Positions 8,368 to 16,881 are shown, counted from the first letter of the stretch. The stretch: DNA of 45,798 bases from Candidatus Parcubacteria bacterium (GCA_016196625.1 JACPXH010000003.1:1-45798), one strand, 5' to 3'. Program-made: numbers and translations. Notes: generated by a model not told the origin, from the sequence alone.

Positions 8368-10544
8368 CGAAACCGGGGGGTGCGACTGGCGGGGCGGCGG
8401 TCTCGACCTCTCGGGTGATGGGGGCGGTCTGAATGTGGCGGCCGATCCGGCTGGCTGTCCGGAGCGTCGGGGTAACGCGCCGCTTTAAGTGAAAGACTGA
8501 TTTTTCCGTTTGGGCCAAGCTCTTTGACCTTGACGGGCACGGCATCCCCCACTTTTACGATATCATCAACGCGCTCCACGCGCCACGGCGCGAGTTCTGA
8601 GATGTGGACAAGTCCGTCTTGACCGGGCAGGATTTCTACAATTGCGCCAAAATCCATAAGCCGCGTAACCTTGCCTTCGTAGATTTCTCCCACTTTAACC
8701 TCTCGGGTAATGTTGTTGATCCACTGAACGGCTTTCTGGGCCGATTCTTCAGATGTCGAGCCGATGAAAATAGTGCCGTCGTCTTCGATGTCAATGGTGG
8801 CGCCGGTATCGGCAATGATGGCATTGATCATTTTGCCGCCCGGACCGATGACTTCGCGGATTTTGTCTGGGTCGATTTTCAGCGTGATTATGCGCGGGGC
8901 GTACGGGGAAAGTTCGGCTCTGGGGTTTGGGATGCAGCCTGTCATGACTTCCAGAATCTGCATCCGTGCTGTCCGGGCTTGAGCGAATGTTTCCTCCACC
9001 ATGGGGAGCGTTACTCCCTCGATTTTTACGTCCATCTGTACGGCGGTGATGCCGTCGGCAGTGCCGGCCACCTTGAAGTCCATATCGCCGTGATGGTCTT
9101 CCGGCCCCTGGATATCGGTGAGCACCACGTAGCGGTCGACGTCGTTCATCATGAGCCCCATGGCGACCCCGGCTACGTGTTTGGCAATGGGGACTCCGGC
9201 ATCCATGAGCGCCAGGCTTGACCCACAGACCGAAGCCATGGACGAGGAGCCGTTTGAGGAGAGGATTTCAGAGACAATACGGATCGTGTAGGGGAATGCA
9301 TCCGCATTGGGGATGAGGGGTTTAAGAGCGCGTTCAGCCAGCGCGCCATGCCCAATTTCGCGCCGGCCCGGCCCACGCATGGGCTTAATTTCCCCGACCG
9401 AGTACGGCGGAAAATTGTAGTGGTGCAGAAACCGCTTTTTGCCGCGGATTTCGATGCCTTCGATAAGCTGCTGGTCAGATGGTGTACCCAAGGTGAGAAT
9501 CGAAAGTGCATGTGTTTGTCCGCGCATGAAAAGCCCCGAGCCGTGCGTGCGGCTGATGAGGCCAACTGTGGCGCGTAGCTCTCTGAGTTCGCTCGCCGTT
9601 CTTCCGTCCGGCCGCTTGCCTTGTTCGATCACGGCGCGGTGCACCGCGTCGTTGACGGTTGACTCAAAGAGGCTCTCAGTTTCGGTGCGTCTGTCTTCGC
9701 CAAGTGCTTTAACCAATTCTTCCTTGAGCGCGGATATTTTGGTCGCGAGTTCTGTTTTTGTGGGTGCGTTTAGGGTTTGTCCAAGGCGGTCGCCCGCGAT
9801 TTGCTCGAAGCGAGCCTTAAACTCGGGATCAGGTTCGGCCAAAACCACTTTTGCCTTGGGTCGTGCCTGCGCGGCGAGGATCTCTTCTTGGAAGTCGATG
9901 AGTTCTTTGATCGCCGCAAAACCAGCGCCAACGGCCTCAACCATTTCGGCCTCCGGCAGTTCTTTGGCGCCGGCTTCCATCATGTTGATGCGCTCTTTCG
10001 TGCCGGCCACAAAGAGGTCGAGCGCGCCCTCTTCGCGCTCCTTGAACGTTGGGTTTGGTGTGAAACCGGCGGCCCCACCGCCCACGCGCACGCCAGCGAC
10101 CGGCCCCTGCCACGGAATGTCTGACGTGGCGAGCGCAAGCGATGCGCCGATGAGCGCAGGCACATCAGGGTCATTTTCTTCGTCAATGGAAAGGACCGTG
10201 ATAACCACCTGCACTTCTTGACGCATGCGCTGGTCAAACCGAGGGCGGATGGCTCGGTCAATGAGTCTGCCGGTCAGCGTGGCCTCTTCTGACGGGCGCG
10301 ATTCTCGTCGGATGAAACGTGAGCCGAAGATTTTTCCGGCAGCGTAAAAACGTTCTTCGTACTCAACGAGGAGTGGCAAGTAGTCAACGCCCTCACGTGC
10401 CGTCTTTGACATGACGGCAGTGGCCAAGACCGTGGTTTGTCCGTAGCGAACGATCACCGATCCGTTCGCCTGTTCGGCCAGATTCGAGAATTCCACGACC
10501 AGTTCCCGACCGGCAACTTCCTTCCGAAAGATGGTTTGTCCCAT
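8364..10544 (-). CDS. pnp: Polyribonucleotide nucleotidyltransferase (PNPase)
   Basis: GRLIDRAIRP, RREIGHGALAERAL, SNGSSSMASVCG, GDMDFKVAGT; KH (VIGPGGKMI) and S1 (GLVHISEL) domains. Confidence 0.98.
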   Translation of the reverse strand: MGQTIFRKEVAGRELVVEFSNLAEQANGSVIVRYGQTTVLATAVMSKTAREGVDYLPLLVEYEERFYAAGKIFGSRFIRRESRPSEEATLTGRLIDRAIRPRFDQRMRQEVQVVITVLSIDEENDPDVPALIGASLALATSDIPWQGPVAGVRVGGGAAGFTPNPTFKEREEGALDLFVAGTKERINMMEAGAKELPEAEMVEAVGAGFAAIKELIDFQEEILAAQARPKAKVVLAEPDPEFKARFEQIAGDRLGQTLNAPTKTELATKISALKEELVKALGEDRRTETESLFESTVNDAVHRAVIEQGKRPDGRTASELRELRATVGLISRTHGSGLFMRGQTHALSILTLGTPSDQQLIEGIEIRGKKRFLHHYNFPPYSVGEIKPMRGPGRREIGHGALAERALKPLIPNADAFPYTIRIVSEILSSNGSSSMASVCGSSLALMDAGVPIAKHVAGVAMGLMMNDVDRYVVLTDIQGPEDHHGDMDFKVAGTADGITAVQMDVKIEGVTLPMVEETFAQARTARMQILEVMTGCIPNPRAELSPYAPRIITLKIDPDKIREVIGPGGKMINAIIADTGATIDIEDDGTIFIGSTSEESAQKAVQWINNITREVKVGEIYEGKVTRLMDFGAIVEILPGQDGLVHISELAPWRVERVDDIVKVGDAVPVKVKELGPNGKISLSLKAARYPDAPDSQPDRPPHSDRPHHPRGRDRRPASRTPRFR

Positions 10545-10559
10545 GAGCGTACGGCCCTG

Positions 10560-10732
10560 GACCTTCAGACTTTAGACAACGTTCTTGTATCTCGCTAGAA
10601 CGTATTGTCTACCCCGTTAGAAAATCGCCAGTCGGCGGTTTTCAGCGGGGCAGGTTAACGAGGAAAGCTTGCGTCGAGTAAGCGGCAGCTCCGGCGCAAA
10701 TTTTCTAAACGGGGTCTACCTGTCTGAAGGTC
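10560..10732. repeat. Nested inverted repeats in the pnp 5' region
   Basis: Outer stem GACCTTCAGAC (10560-10570)/GTCTGAAGGTC (10722-10732). Inner element ACCCCGTTAGAAAAT (10611-10625)...ATTTTCTAAACGGGGT (10700-10715), with GGGGCAGG at 10647-10654. Confidence 0.75.
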
Positions 10733-10789
10733 AGATCCAGAGTTTAAATTAGTTGTAATTCACACGACGACAGACGACTTTTTATTTCG

Positions 10790-11386
10790 TTAGTGATGGA
10801 AGCGAATTTGCTTTTCAGCTGTGTCTGATTCGCGGGTAGTGCGGGGTAGTCGCTGGCGGCGGACTTGCATCTCGAGGCGTTTTGAGCGGATGAGGAAGCG
10901 GCTTGGATCTTGAGACAAATCAATGAAGTCATCCGCTGTTTCTTTGAGTCGGCCCGAGGACGATTCGCCAAAGGCCAGCACCTCAACTTGCTTGCCTTGG
11001 TTTTTTAGGTATTCGACCACCGGCACGAAGTCTCCATCGCCCGACACGAGCACGACTACGTCGAGCGTTGGCGCAAGACGCACGGCATCCACTGTAATCC
11101 CCACGTCCCAGTCGGCTTTTTTCGCGCCGCCGTAGAACACCTGCAGATCTTTGATTTTGGTTTCAATGCCGAGGCGCGTCAAGGCGTCAAAGAAAGTTTT
11201 TTCTTCTTCTACATCTGATTTGACCACGTACGCAATGGCCCGAATAAGCTTTCTGTCAGCCACCCCAGCCTTGACGACCTCATCAAAGTTCACCCGGGCC
11301 TTAAAAAGATTTTTGGCCGAGTGATACATGTTTTGAACGTCAATGAGCACGCCCACCCGTTGTTCCTTGTGTCGAACGATTGGCAT
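10790..11386 (-). CDS. NYN domain (LabA/DUF88, PIN-like) protein
   Basis: VLIDVQNMY, KADWDVGITVD, LVSGDGDFVP, GKQVEV, ADDFIDL. Confidence 0.92.
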   Translation of the reverse strand: MPIVRHKEQRVGVLIDVQNMYHSAKNLFKARVNFDEVVKAGVADRKLIRAIAYVVKSDVEEEKTFFDALTRLGIETKIKDLQVFYGGAKKADWDVGITVDAVRLAPTLDVVVLVSGDGDFVPVVEYLKNQGKQVEVLAFGESSSGRLKETADDFIDLSQDPSRFLIRSKRLEMQVRRQRLPRTTRESDTAEKQIRFHH

Positions 11387-11411
11387 GGCTGCGATTCCGC
11401 GTGAAACCGGA

Positions 11412-11684
11412 TCAGGCTTTGGCCTTGAGCCCGATTTTGCGCACGATTGATTGGTAGCGCTTTTTGTCTTCGGCCAGGAGGTAGTCGAGGAGCCGTTTGC
11501 GCTTAGCCACCATTTTTAAGAGTCCCCGGCGCGAGTGGTTGTCTTTCGTATGTTTTAAGAGGTGCTGGCGGAGCTGTTCGATCTCTTCGGTAAAGAGTGC
11601 GATTTGAACTTCCGACGAGCCGGTGTCTTGGTCGTGGAGTTTGTATTTTTTTATAACCTTTTCTTTCTCTTGCGGTTGCAGCAT
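11412..11684 (-). CDS. rpsO: 30S ribosomal protein S15
   Basis: [13 protein letters not shown]...[29 protein letters not shown]. Confidence 0.98.
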   Translation of the reverse strand: MLQPQEKEKVIKKYKLHDQDTGSSEVQIALFTEEIEQLRQHLLKHTKDNHSRRGLLKMVAKRKRLLDYLLAEDKKRYQSIVRKIGLKAKA

Positions 11685-11794
11685 GATAGTAATGCAAGTC
11701 TAGCACGCTCCGTGTTAATGAGCAAGGATTTTTTGGAAAGGAGTAGCGCCCAGCCGTACTTGTGCGGCTGGGCGCTAGGGCTCGCGTCTCGCAG

Positions 11795-12325
11795 CTATGA
11801 AAGGTGCACGAGCGCGAGGCAGTTGTAGCCGTGATGGAACAGATGAGACGGCGCTTCTCCTTTTGCGGCGAGGTCAAATATCCCCTCTGTGCCTTCACAG
11901 TCGCTGAAGCTATGCGGCCGGTTCAAAGTCAACAACCCGTTCAGGTATGAGAGCGTCTCGTCCTCAACACGGAAGCTCTTCGGGCCGCGGCCGCCCACGA
12001 AGATGCGATTCTCGTAGGCGTACCGGAGCGCTCGCCTGAGAAAGGGGATTGCGCGCTTGTCTTTGCACCAACCCCGATACTGCATGCCCCAGACCGGGCC
12101 GGACCGCAGCTCTTCGTGCCAGATACCGGTTTGGCCGAAGCTCTTCTCGCCAACCGAGAAGTAACAATCCACATACAGGAACGGCGGCTTCTTGTATCGG
12201 AGGACCCGTGAGCCGGGTAGCTCAACAATGGTCCTCTTGGCCATGACTATGTCGTCCGCGCAGATTTCCATCCCCGCCTCGAAAAAGAAGTCGAGCACCT
12301 CTTTTTCGGCGAGTTCGATTCCCAT
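11795..12325 (-). CDS. Hypothetical protein, DUF5680-like
   Basis: Pattern LYVDCYF...SFGQTGIW...PVWGMQYRG...FLRRAL...GRGP...GTEGI resembles DUF5680. A hairpin follows at 11743-11778. Confidence 0.6.
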   Translation of the reverse strand: MGIELAEKEVLDFFFEAGMEICADDIVMAKRTIVELPGSRVLRYKKPPFLYVDCYFSVGEKSFGQTGIWHEELRSGPVWGMQYRGWCKDKRAIPFLRRALRYAYENRIFVGGRGPKSFRVEDETLSYLNGLLTLNRPHSFSDCEGTEGIFDLAAKGEAPSHLFHHGYNCLALVHLS

Positions 12326-12371
12326 CGCTGCGCAGTATTTTATTTGTACACTCCTTATTTTACTTCGTCAA

Positions 12372-13689
12372 GTGCAGAATACTTAAAATAGTTCGAACGC
12401 ATTTCGCCGCCTTCGGCGGCGAGGAAAGCCCCCCGCGAAAATTCGGAAAGGCGGCGGAGCCGCACCGCTGACAATTTCAAGTTTTTCTAATGAGTTGATT
12501 TTAACTCATTGCAGTAAATTTTTCAATCAAAGATTATTGAAAAATTTACTGGTTTGGCGGCAAATTCTTTGAAAAAATAAAAAGAGAAAGGCACCGTCAA
12601 CTGAATGAACGGTGCCTGTGATGGACAACACTTGGTGGGGCGGTTGTCCGTTAACCCCTACTGCGCCTACCACTCCGGCCCGCGAGTGCCCCATGATCTC
12701 GGGATGTCCGTCGCGGTGATGCCATACTGGCTACGCCGCGGCTTCTTCCAGAGCATGAGACGACCCGAGTAGCGGAAGCAGAGCGTCAGTAGCTTGATCC
12801 GGTCGTTCTTCACGAACCGGGCCAGAGCCACTTCCACGTCTGCCTGCTTCCACGAGGCCACCGTCAGTTTCTCGTCCTCGCGGACGGGAAACGGATACGG
12901 AAGCTCCTCGTGCGCCGTGCCGTAGGCGTAGTACTCGCCGTCGCCTGGGTCGAGACGGAGCGTGATGTCGCCGAAGTTGATCTTCGGACGATACACCACA
13001 CTTTGCCGGTTCGACCAGATCCCGAAGAGGAAGAAGAGAATCGTTTCCCTCCACCTCGACTCTGGGAACTCCTGCGACGGGAGACCGCTCACCTGGATAT
13101 CGTTGGAGATGATCCCGGCGAGACGCTGTACGAGCTGGTTCATGGCGAACCTCCTTGGGGAGGTGCTCCGCAATACCACACTACTGGACAATCCAGCAGG
13201 TGAATTGTGGAGGCAGCCGCATTTCTGCAGCAACAAGCGAGAAACTAAGGAATAATTTCCCATTTGTTGCCGCAGAAGCCAAAAATCAATGTACTTAATT
13301 TACTGCAATGAGTATAGCATATATGAACCAGTATGTCAAGCCAAGGGCAGAACAATCAAAAAAGCCCTTATTTTAGGCTATTTTCTCTGCTTGCTATCAA
13401 CAGACTTTTTGGGAACATCCCAAACTTTTGAATAAGTGCCAGGAGGTGATGGAAAGGCGCGGCAAGCAAAAAGAAATCAGAAAACACTATTTCGCTTTTC
13501 TTGGCCTTATGAAATGTGGCTCATGTGATTGTTCTATCACCGCCGAAAAGCAAAAAGGGCACAACTATTATCGCTGTACCAAAAAGAAAGAGAACTGCCA
13601 AGAAAAGCATTACCTCCGAGAAGAAAGTTTGGTTGGTGGCCGAGCGGCGCGTTCCGCGCCGCGAGGCATTGACTTTTCCTGATTGGTGC
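12372..13689 (+). mobile_element. Degenerate large-serine-recombinase (LSR) island integrated at the 3' end of tRNA-Lys
   Basis: GTGC core at both junctions (12372-12375 and 13686-13689). Joining the ends restores an in-frame recombinase-like C-terminus FPDWC|RILKIVRTHF. Intergenic DNA is low-GC. Confidence 0.65.
12667..13143 (-). CDS. Hypothetical cargo protein (158 aa from ATG 13143)
   Basis: Strong SD (AAGGAGG) upstream of ATG 13143, high GC3, and a terminator hairpin at 12589-12616 with a T-run on the minus strand. Confidence 0.7.
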   Translation of the reverse strand: MNQLVQRLAGIISNDIQVSGLPSQEFPESRWRETILFFLFGIWSNRQSVVYRPKINFGDITLRLDPGDGEYYAYGTAHEELPYPFPVREDEKLTVASWKQADVEVALARFVKNDRIKLLTLCFRYSGRLMLWKKPRRSQYGITATDIPRSWGTRGPEW

Positions 13690-13698
13690 CCCCACTAG
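13410..13698 (+). pseudogene. Remnant of a large serine recombinase (Zn-ribbon region plus frameshifted C-terminus)
   Basis: FNKCQEVM...FLGLMKCGSCDCSITAEKQKGHNYYRCTKKKENC is a recombinase zinc beta-ribbon. Another frame gives ..LTFPDWCPH* reading into the tRNA. The catalytic domain is absent. Confidence 0.8.
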
Positions 13699-13758
13699 GA
13701 ATCGAACCTAGATACACGGATTAAGAGTCCGCTGCTTTACCGATTAAGCTATGGGGGC
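13684..13758 (-). tRNA. tRNA-Lys(CTT), CCA encoded
   Basis: GCCCCCATAGCTTAATCGGTAAAGCAGCGGACT-CTT-AATCCGTGTATCTAGGTTCGATTCCTAGTGGGGGCACCA folds as a cloverleaf. Confidence 0.95.
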
Positions 13759-13764
13759 TTGGGC

Positions 13765-14490
13765 TTATAAGTTAACAGGCCTGACGGTATTTCTCAAAGA
13801 CTGCCACCTTCGTTCGGTTAGCGTAACTTCTGGGTCCAAGTTTTTTAGCGCTGCCTGTAACCACCCAAATATTCGATAATGGAGATTAACGCTCTTCGGC
13901 ACTTCAATCCGTGCTGTTCCGTAATAGAGATTGTTCTTTTTGAAGCCTTTGCTTCTCGGTTTTACAAAGGTTTTCCCGAAGTTGCTAATCGGAATATCGG
14001 TGAGATCTGACCAAAACTTCTTTATGTTGGCCTCGTTTTGTTGCGGATAGATATTCAAGCGCATTTTGAGGTTCGCCGGGAGAATCGAGAACATTGAGGT
14101 AATCCAACGAACCATGAATAGGATGAGGCGCGGGTCTGAATTGGTTATCTCAAGCATTTTCCCCTTGCTGCCCTCGGCCCAGTAGAGCGACGTACCCATG
14201 AGGCGTAATGCCTCGTGCGATACAGGAAGGCAAACCTCCTTTTTTGCTGCTGTGATTATCGCGTCGACCTCTCTTTGTCGGCGGGCTTTTTGGCTTTGAG
14301 GCCCCCGCGAAAGTATGGCGATTTGCTTGGTATAAAGCCTTTCCTTGTGTTCTGGCTTAAGTGGCAATCCCTTCAGCCAAGAACTCAAGGCGCTTTTTGA
14401 TACCGCTACTTCCTTCCGTATTTCTCCGTAGCTCCACCCTTGTTTTCGTAACGAAATCGCTTTTTGTCTGGCGACAGTGTAATTTTCCAT
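13765..14490 (-). CDS. HTH plus LAGLIDADG-like domain protein between two tRNA genes (putative)
   Basis: N-terminal HTH (LRKQGWSYGEIRKEVAVSKSALSSWL), then GTSLYWAEGSK...ITNSDP. AT-richer than its neighbours. Confidence 0.7.
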   Translation of the reverse strand: MENYTVARQKAISLRKQGWSYGEIRKEVAVSKSALSSWLKGLPLKPEHKERLYTKQIAILSRGPQSQKARRQREVDAIITAAKKEVCLPVSHEALRLMGTSLYWAEGSKGKMLEITNSDPRLILFMVRWITSMFSILPANLKMRLNIYPQQNEANIKKFWSDLTDIPISNFGKTFVKPRSKGFKKNNLYYGTARIEVPKSVNLHYRIFGWLQAALKNLDPEVTLTERRWQSLRNTVRPVNL

Positions 14491-14568
14491 GTACCACCAT
14501 CGTACCACACAGGAAAGATGAACTCAACACTGTATTTTTACAGGCGAACGGGTGGTCGATTTGGTCTG

Positions 14569-14640
14569 TGTCCCCGAGAGGACTCGAACCCCTAATAACT
14601 GCTCCGAAGGCAGTTGTGATATCCATTTCACTACGGGGAC
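14569..14640 (-). tRNA. tRNA-Arg(TCG), no encoded CCA
   Basis: GTCCCCGTAGTGAAATGGATATCACAACTGCCT-TCG-GAGCAGTTATTAGGGGTTCGAGTCCTCTCGGGGACA. Confidence 0.93.
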
Positions 14641-14717
14641 GGACAACGACCAATTATAGGCGTTAGTGCATTGAGCGGTCAATTGAAGCATGGCAGTGCC
14701 TGCGGTAGAATTGCGAC

Positions 14718-16208
14718 ATGCCCAGCCAGAAAACTCCGAAAGAAGTTGCCGCCTTGATTGAGCAGCTCACCACTGCTGGTTTTGAAGCTGTTGTGGTGGG
14801 TGGGTGCGTGAGGGATCTTTTGCTCAACGCGAAACCGGCGGATTGGGATGTAGCCACAGATGCGATTCCCGAAGAGATCCAGCGGGTTTTCCCGGAGAGC
14901 GTATATGAAAATCAGTTCGGCACCGTGGGCGTGAAAACCGGCAGCGATGATCCATCGCTCGCGATTGTAGAAGTAACCACGTATCGGGTGGACGAATCAT
15001 ACTCTGACCAGCGTCACCCGGATCGGGTGCGGTTCACCAAGAGTCTTGAGGAAGATTTGGCGCGGCGGGATTTTACGATCAATGCCATCGCACTGAAAAT
15101 CAAAAATCCAGATCAAAACTCCAAAATAGCGGAAGACTACGAAATTGTTGATCCGTTTGGCGGGCAGGCCGACCTTGAGGCGAGGCTTATCCGCGCGGTG
15201 GGGGAGCCGACCACACGTTTCCGGGAAGATGCGCTGCGGCTCATGCGGGCGGTGCGGCTGGCCACACAGCTCGGGTTCACGATTGAGCCGGAAACCACCG
15301 CGGCTATCAAGGCGAATGCGCGGTTACTCAAAGCCATCGCCGCAGAGCGCATCCGCGACGAACTCACGAAATTGGTCATGGCAGATAAGCCCGCTCTTGG
15401 TTTCACGTTGCTCAAGGATTTGGAGTTGCTGGAATACGTCTTGCCTGAACTTGCCGAGGGGGTTGGCGTGGGCCAGAATAAGCACCACATCTATCCGGTG
15501 TTTGAACATTCAATCAATTCGCTTGAGTACGCAGCCCACGCCAAGTACTCGCTCAACGTTCGGCTCGCCGCGCTCTTGCACGATGTCGGCAAACCAAAAA
15601 CCAAGCGGGGCGAAGGGCCGGATTCCACGTTTTACGGCCACGAGATGGTGGGGGCAAAGATGACGCGTCAAGCTCTTCGCCGCCTCAAATTCTCCAAGGA
15701 TATCGAGGAGCAGGTAACGCATCTCGTGCGCTACCACCTCTTCTATTACAATGTGGACGAGGTAACCGAAGCCGGGGTCCGGCGGCTCGTGCGCAAGGTT
15801 GGGCCGGAGCACATGGCTGATCTCATCAAGTTGCGCACCGCAGACCGGAAGGGATCGGGTGTGCCCAAAGCCATGCCGTATAAACTTCGGCATTTGCAGT
15901 TTTTGATCGAGAAGGTTTCGCGCGATCCCTTGACCGTCGGAATGCTCAACATCAGGGGCGATGACATCATGCGGATTTTGAAGATTGACCCCGGGCCAAA
16001 GGTCGGTCTAATATTGAAAGCCCTCATGGACGAAGTGCTTGATGATCCGGGGAAAAACACCACAGAATATCTTGAGGCGCGCATTGCCGAGCTCGGTGCG
16101 CTATCAGAGCCAGAGCTCCGAAAATTTGCCCAAGCCGGGGAGGGGAAGGTGGAGGAGTTCGAGGCCGGGGCAGTCGCCGAAATAAAAAAGAAGCACTGGG
16201 TGCAGTAA
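14718..16208 (+). CDS. cca: CCA tRNA nucleotidyltransferase (class II) with HD domain
   Basis: VGGCVRDLL, DWDVAT, EVTTYR, EDLARRDFTINA, FREDALRLMRAVR, ALLHDVGK. Confidence 0.93.
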   Translation: MPSQKTPKEVAALIEQLTTAGFEAVVVGGCVRDLLLNAKPADWDVATDAIPEEIQRVFPESVYENQFGTVGVKTGSDDPSLAIVEVTTYRVDESYSDQRHPDRVRFTKSLEEDLARRDFTINAIALKIKNPDQNSKIAEDYEIVDPFGGQADLEARLIRAVGEPTTRFREDALRLMRAVRLATQLGFTIEPETTAAIKANARLLKAIAAERIRDELTKLVMADKPALGFTLLKDLELLEYVLPELAEGVGVGQNKHHIYPVFEHSINSLEYAAHAKYSLNVRLAALLHDVGKPKTKRGEGPDSTFYGHEMVGAKMTRQALRRLKFSKDIEEQVTHLVRYHLFYYNVDEVTEAGVRRLVRKVGPEHMADLIKLRTADRKGSGVPKAMPYKLRHLQFLIEKVSRDPLTVGMLNIRGDDIMRILKIDPGPKVGLILKALMDEVLDDPGKNTTEYLEARIAELGALSEPELRKFAQAGEGKVEEFEAGAVAEIKKKHWVQ

Positions 16209-16262
16209 ATTGTAAGAAATCATCGCGTTGTTTACACAAACAGACATGATACGATCTGACAC

Positions 16263-16394
16263 CAAGCCGGGCAGGCTCTCGCTACGCGAAAATCCCCAGC
16301 GAGGATTTTCGCTGCTCTTCGGCCTCGCTCCTCCGCCTGCTGGCGGAGACCCTGCCCGCTCGGCCTCAGAAGCCACTCGAGCCTACCCGGCTTG
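16263..16394. repeat. Stem-closed palindromic element, related to the nusA leader element
   Basis: Terminal IR CAAGCCGGGCAGGCTC/GAGCCTACCCGGCTTG (15/16 match). Internal CCTGCCCGCTCGGCCT (16351-16366) is identical to 29737-29752. Confidence 0.7.
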
Positions 16395-16462
16395 ATGCAA
16401 ACAACGCTAGCCTTTCTTACAAGTAGTGATGCCCACGTGAGTCGAAGCGGGGCGAGCGAAGG

Positions 16463-16646
16463 CGGGCTGTAGTGGACCGGTACCACGCTTGGCCCGCCCC
16501 GCACCAATTCGCCGGGGATTAGTGTAGCGGCAACATGCATGGTTCGGGACCATGATACGGTGGGTTCGACTCCCACATCCCCGAATGAAGAATTTGGTGC
16601 GGGGTGAAGGACCAAGAGGCAGAGGGTTCAATTCCCTCCAGCCCGA
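16463..16646 (+). pseudogene. Interrupted tRNA-Pro-like gene; 5' half 16463-16492, 3' half ~16605-16646; anticodon loop holds a ~112-nt insert
   Basis: Acceptor CGGGCTG/CAGCCCG + A73, D-stem GTGG/CCAC, anticodon stem CTTGG/CCAAG, T-arm GAGGG-TTCAATT-CCCTC, all fully paired. C1-G72/A73 are Pro identity elements. Confidence 0.85.
16513..16584 (+). tRNA. tRNA-Pro(CGG), nested inside the interrupted tRNA above
   Basis: CGGGGATTAGTGTAGCGGCAACATGCATGGTT-CGG-GACCATGATACGGTGGGTTCGACTCCCACATCCCCGA is a complete cloverleaf. Confidence 0.93.
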
Positions 16647-16756
16647 CTGAACAAAGTGAAGGAGGGTGGAGCACGCAAACTGCTTTGCGTGCGGAGGGCG
16701 GAGCCGCCGACGTTCCCCTGGGCTGGGCTTCCGGCCCGACATATATCGAACGTTGC

Positions 16757-16827
16757 GGGCCTATAGCACAGCGGTAGTGCGCCGCATTCGCATTGCGGAG
16801 ACGGGAGTTCGATCCTCCCTAGGTCCA
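16757..16827 (+). tRNA. tRNA-Ala(CGC)
   Basis: GGGCCTATAGCACAGCGGTAGTGCGCCGCATT-CGC-ATTGCGGAGACGGGAGTTCGATCCTCCCTAGGTCCA, with the G3:U70 pair. Confidence 0.93.
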
Positions 16828-16881
16828 CATTTCAAGATTTCAAGACTTCGCAGTGCATGTTTTTGTGGCAACCATAGTCGC

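Noticed and set aside
16493-16604. Group I/II or archaeal BHB intron in tRNA-Pro
   Set aside because: It is too short and is filled by a tRNA. There is no catalytic core or clear BHB motif, and excision does not restore U33-NGG.
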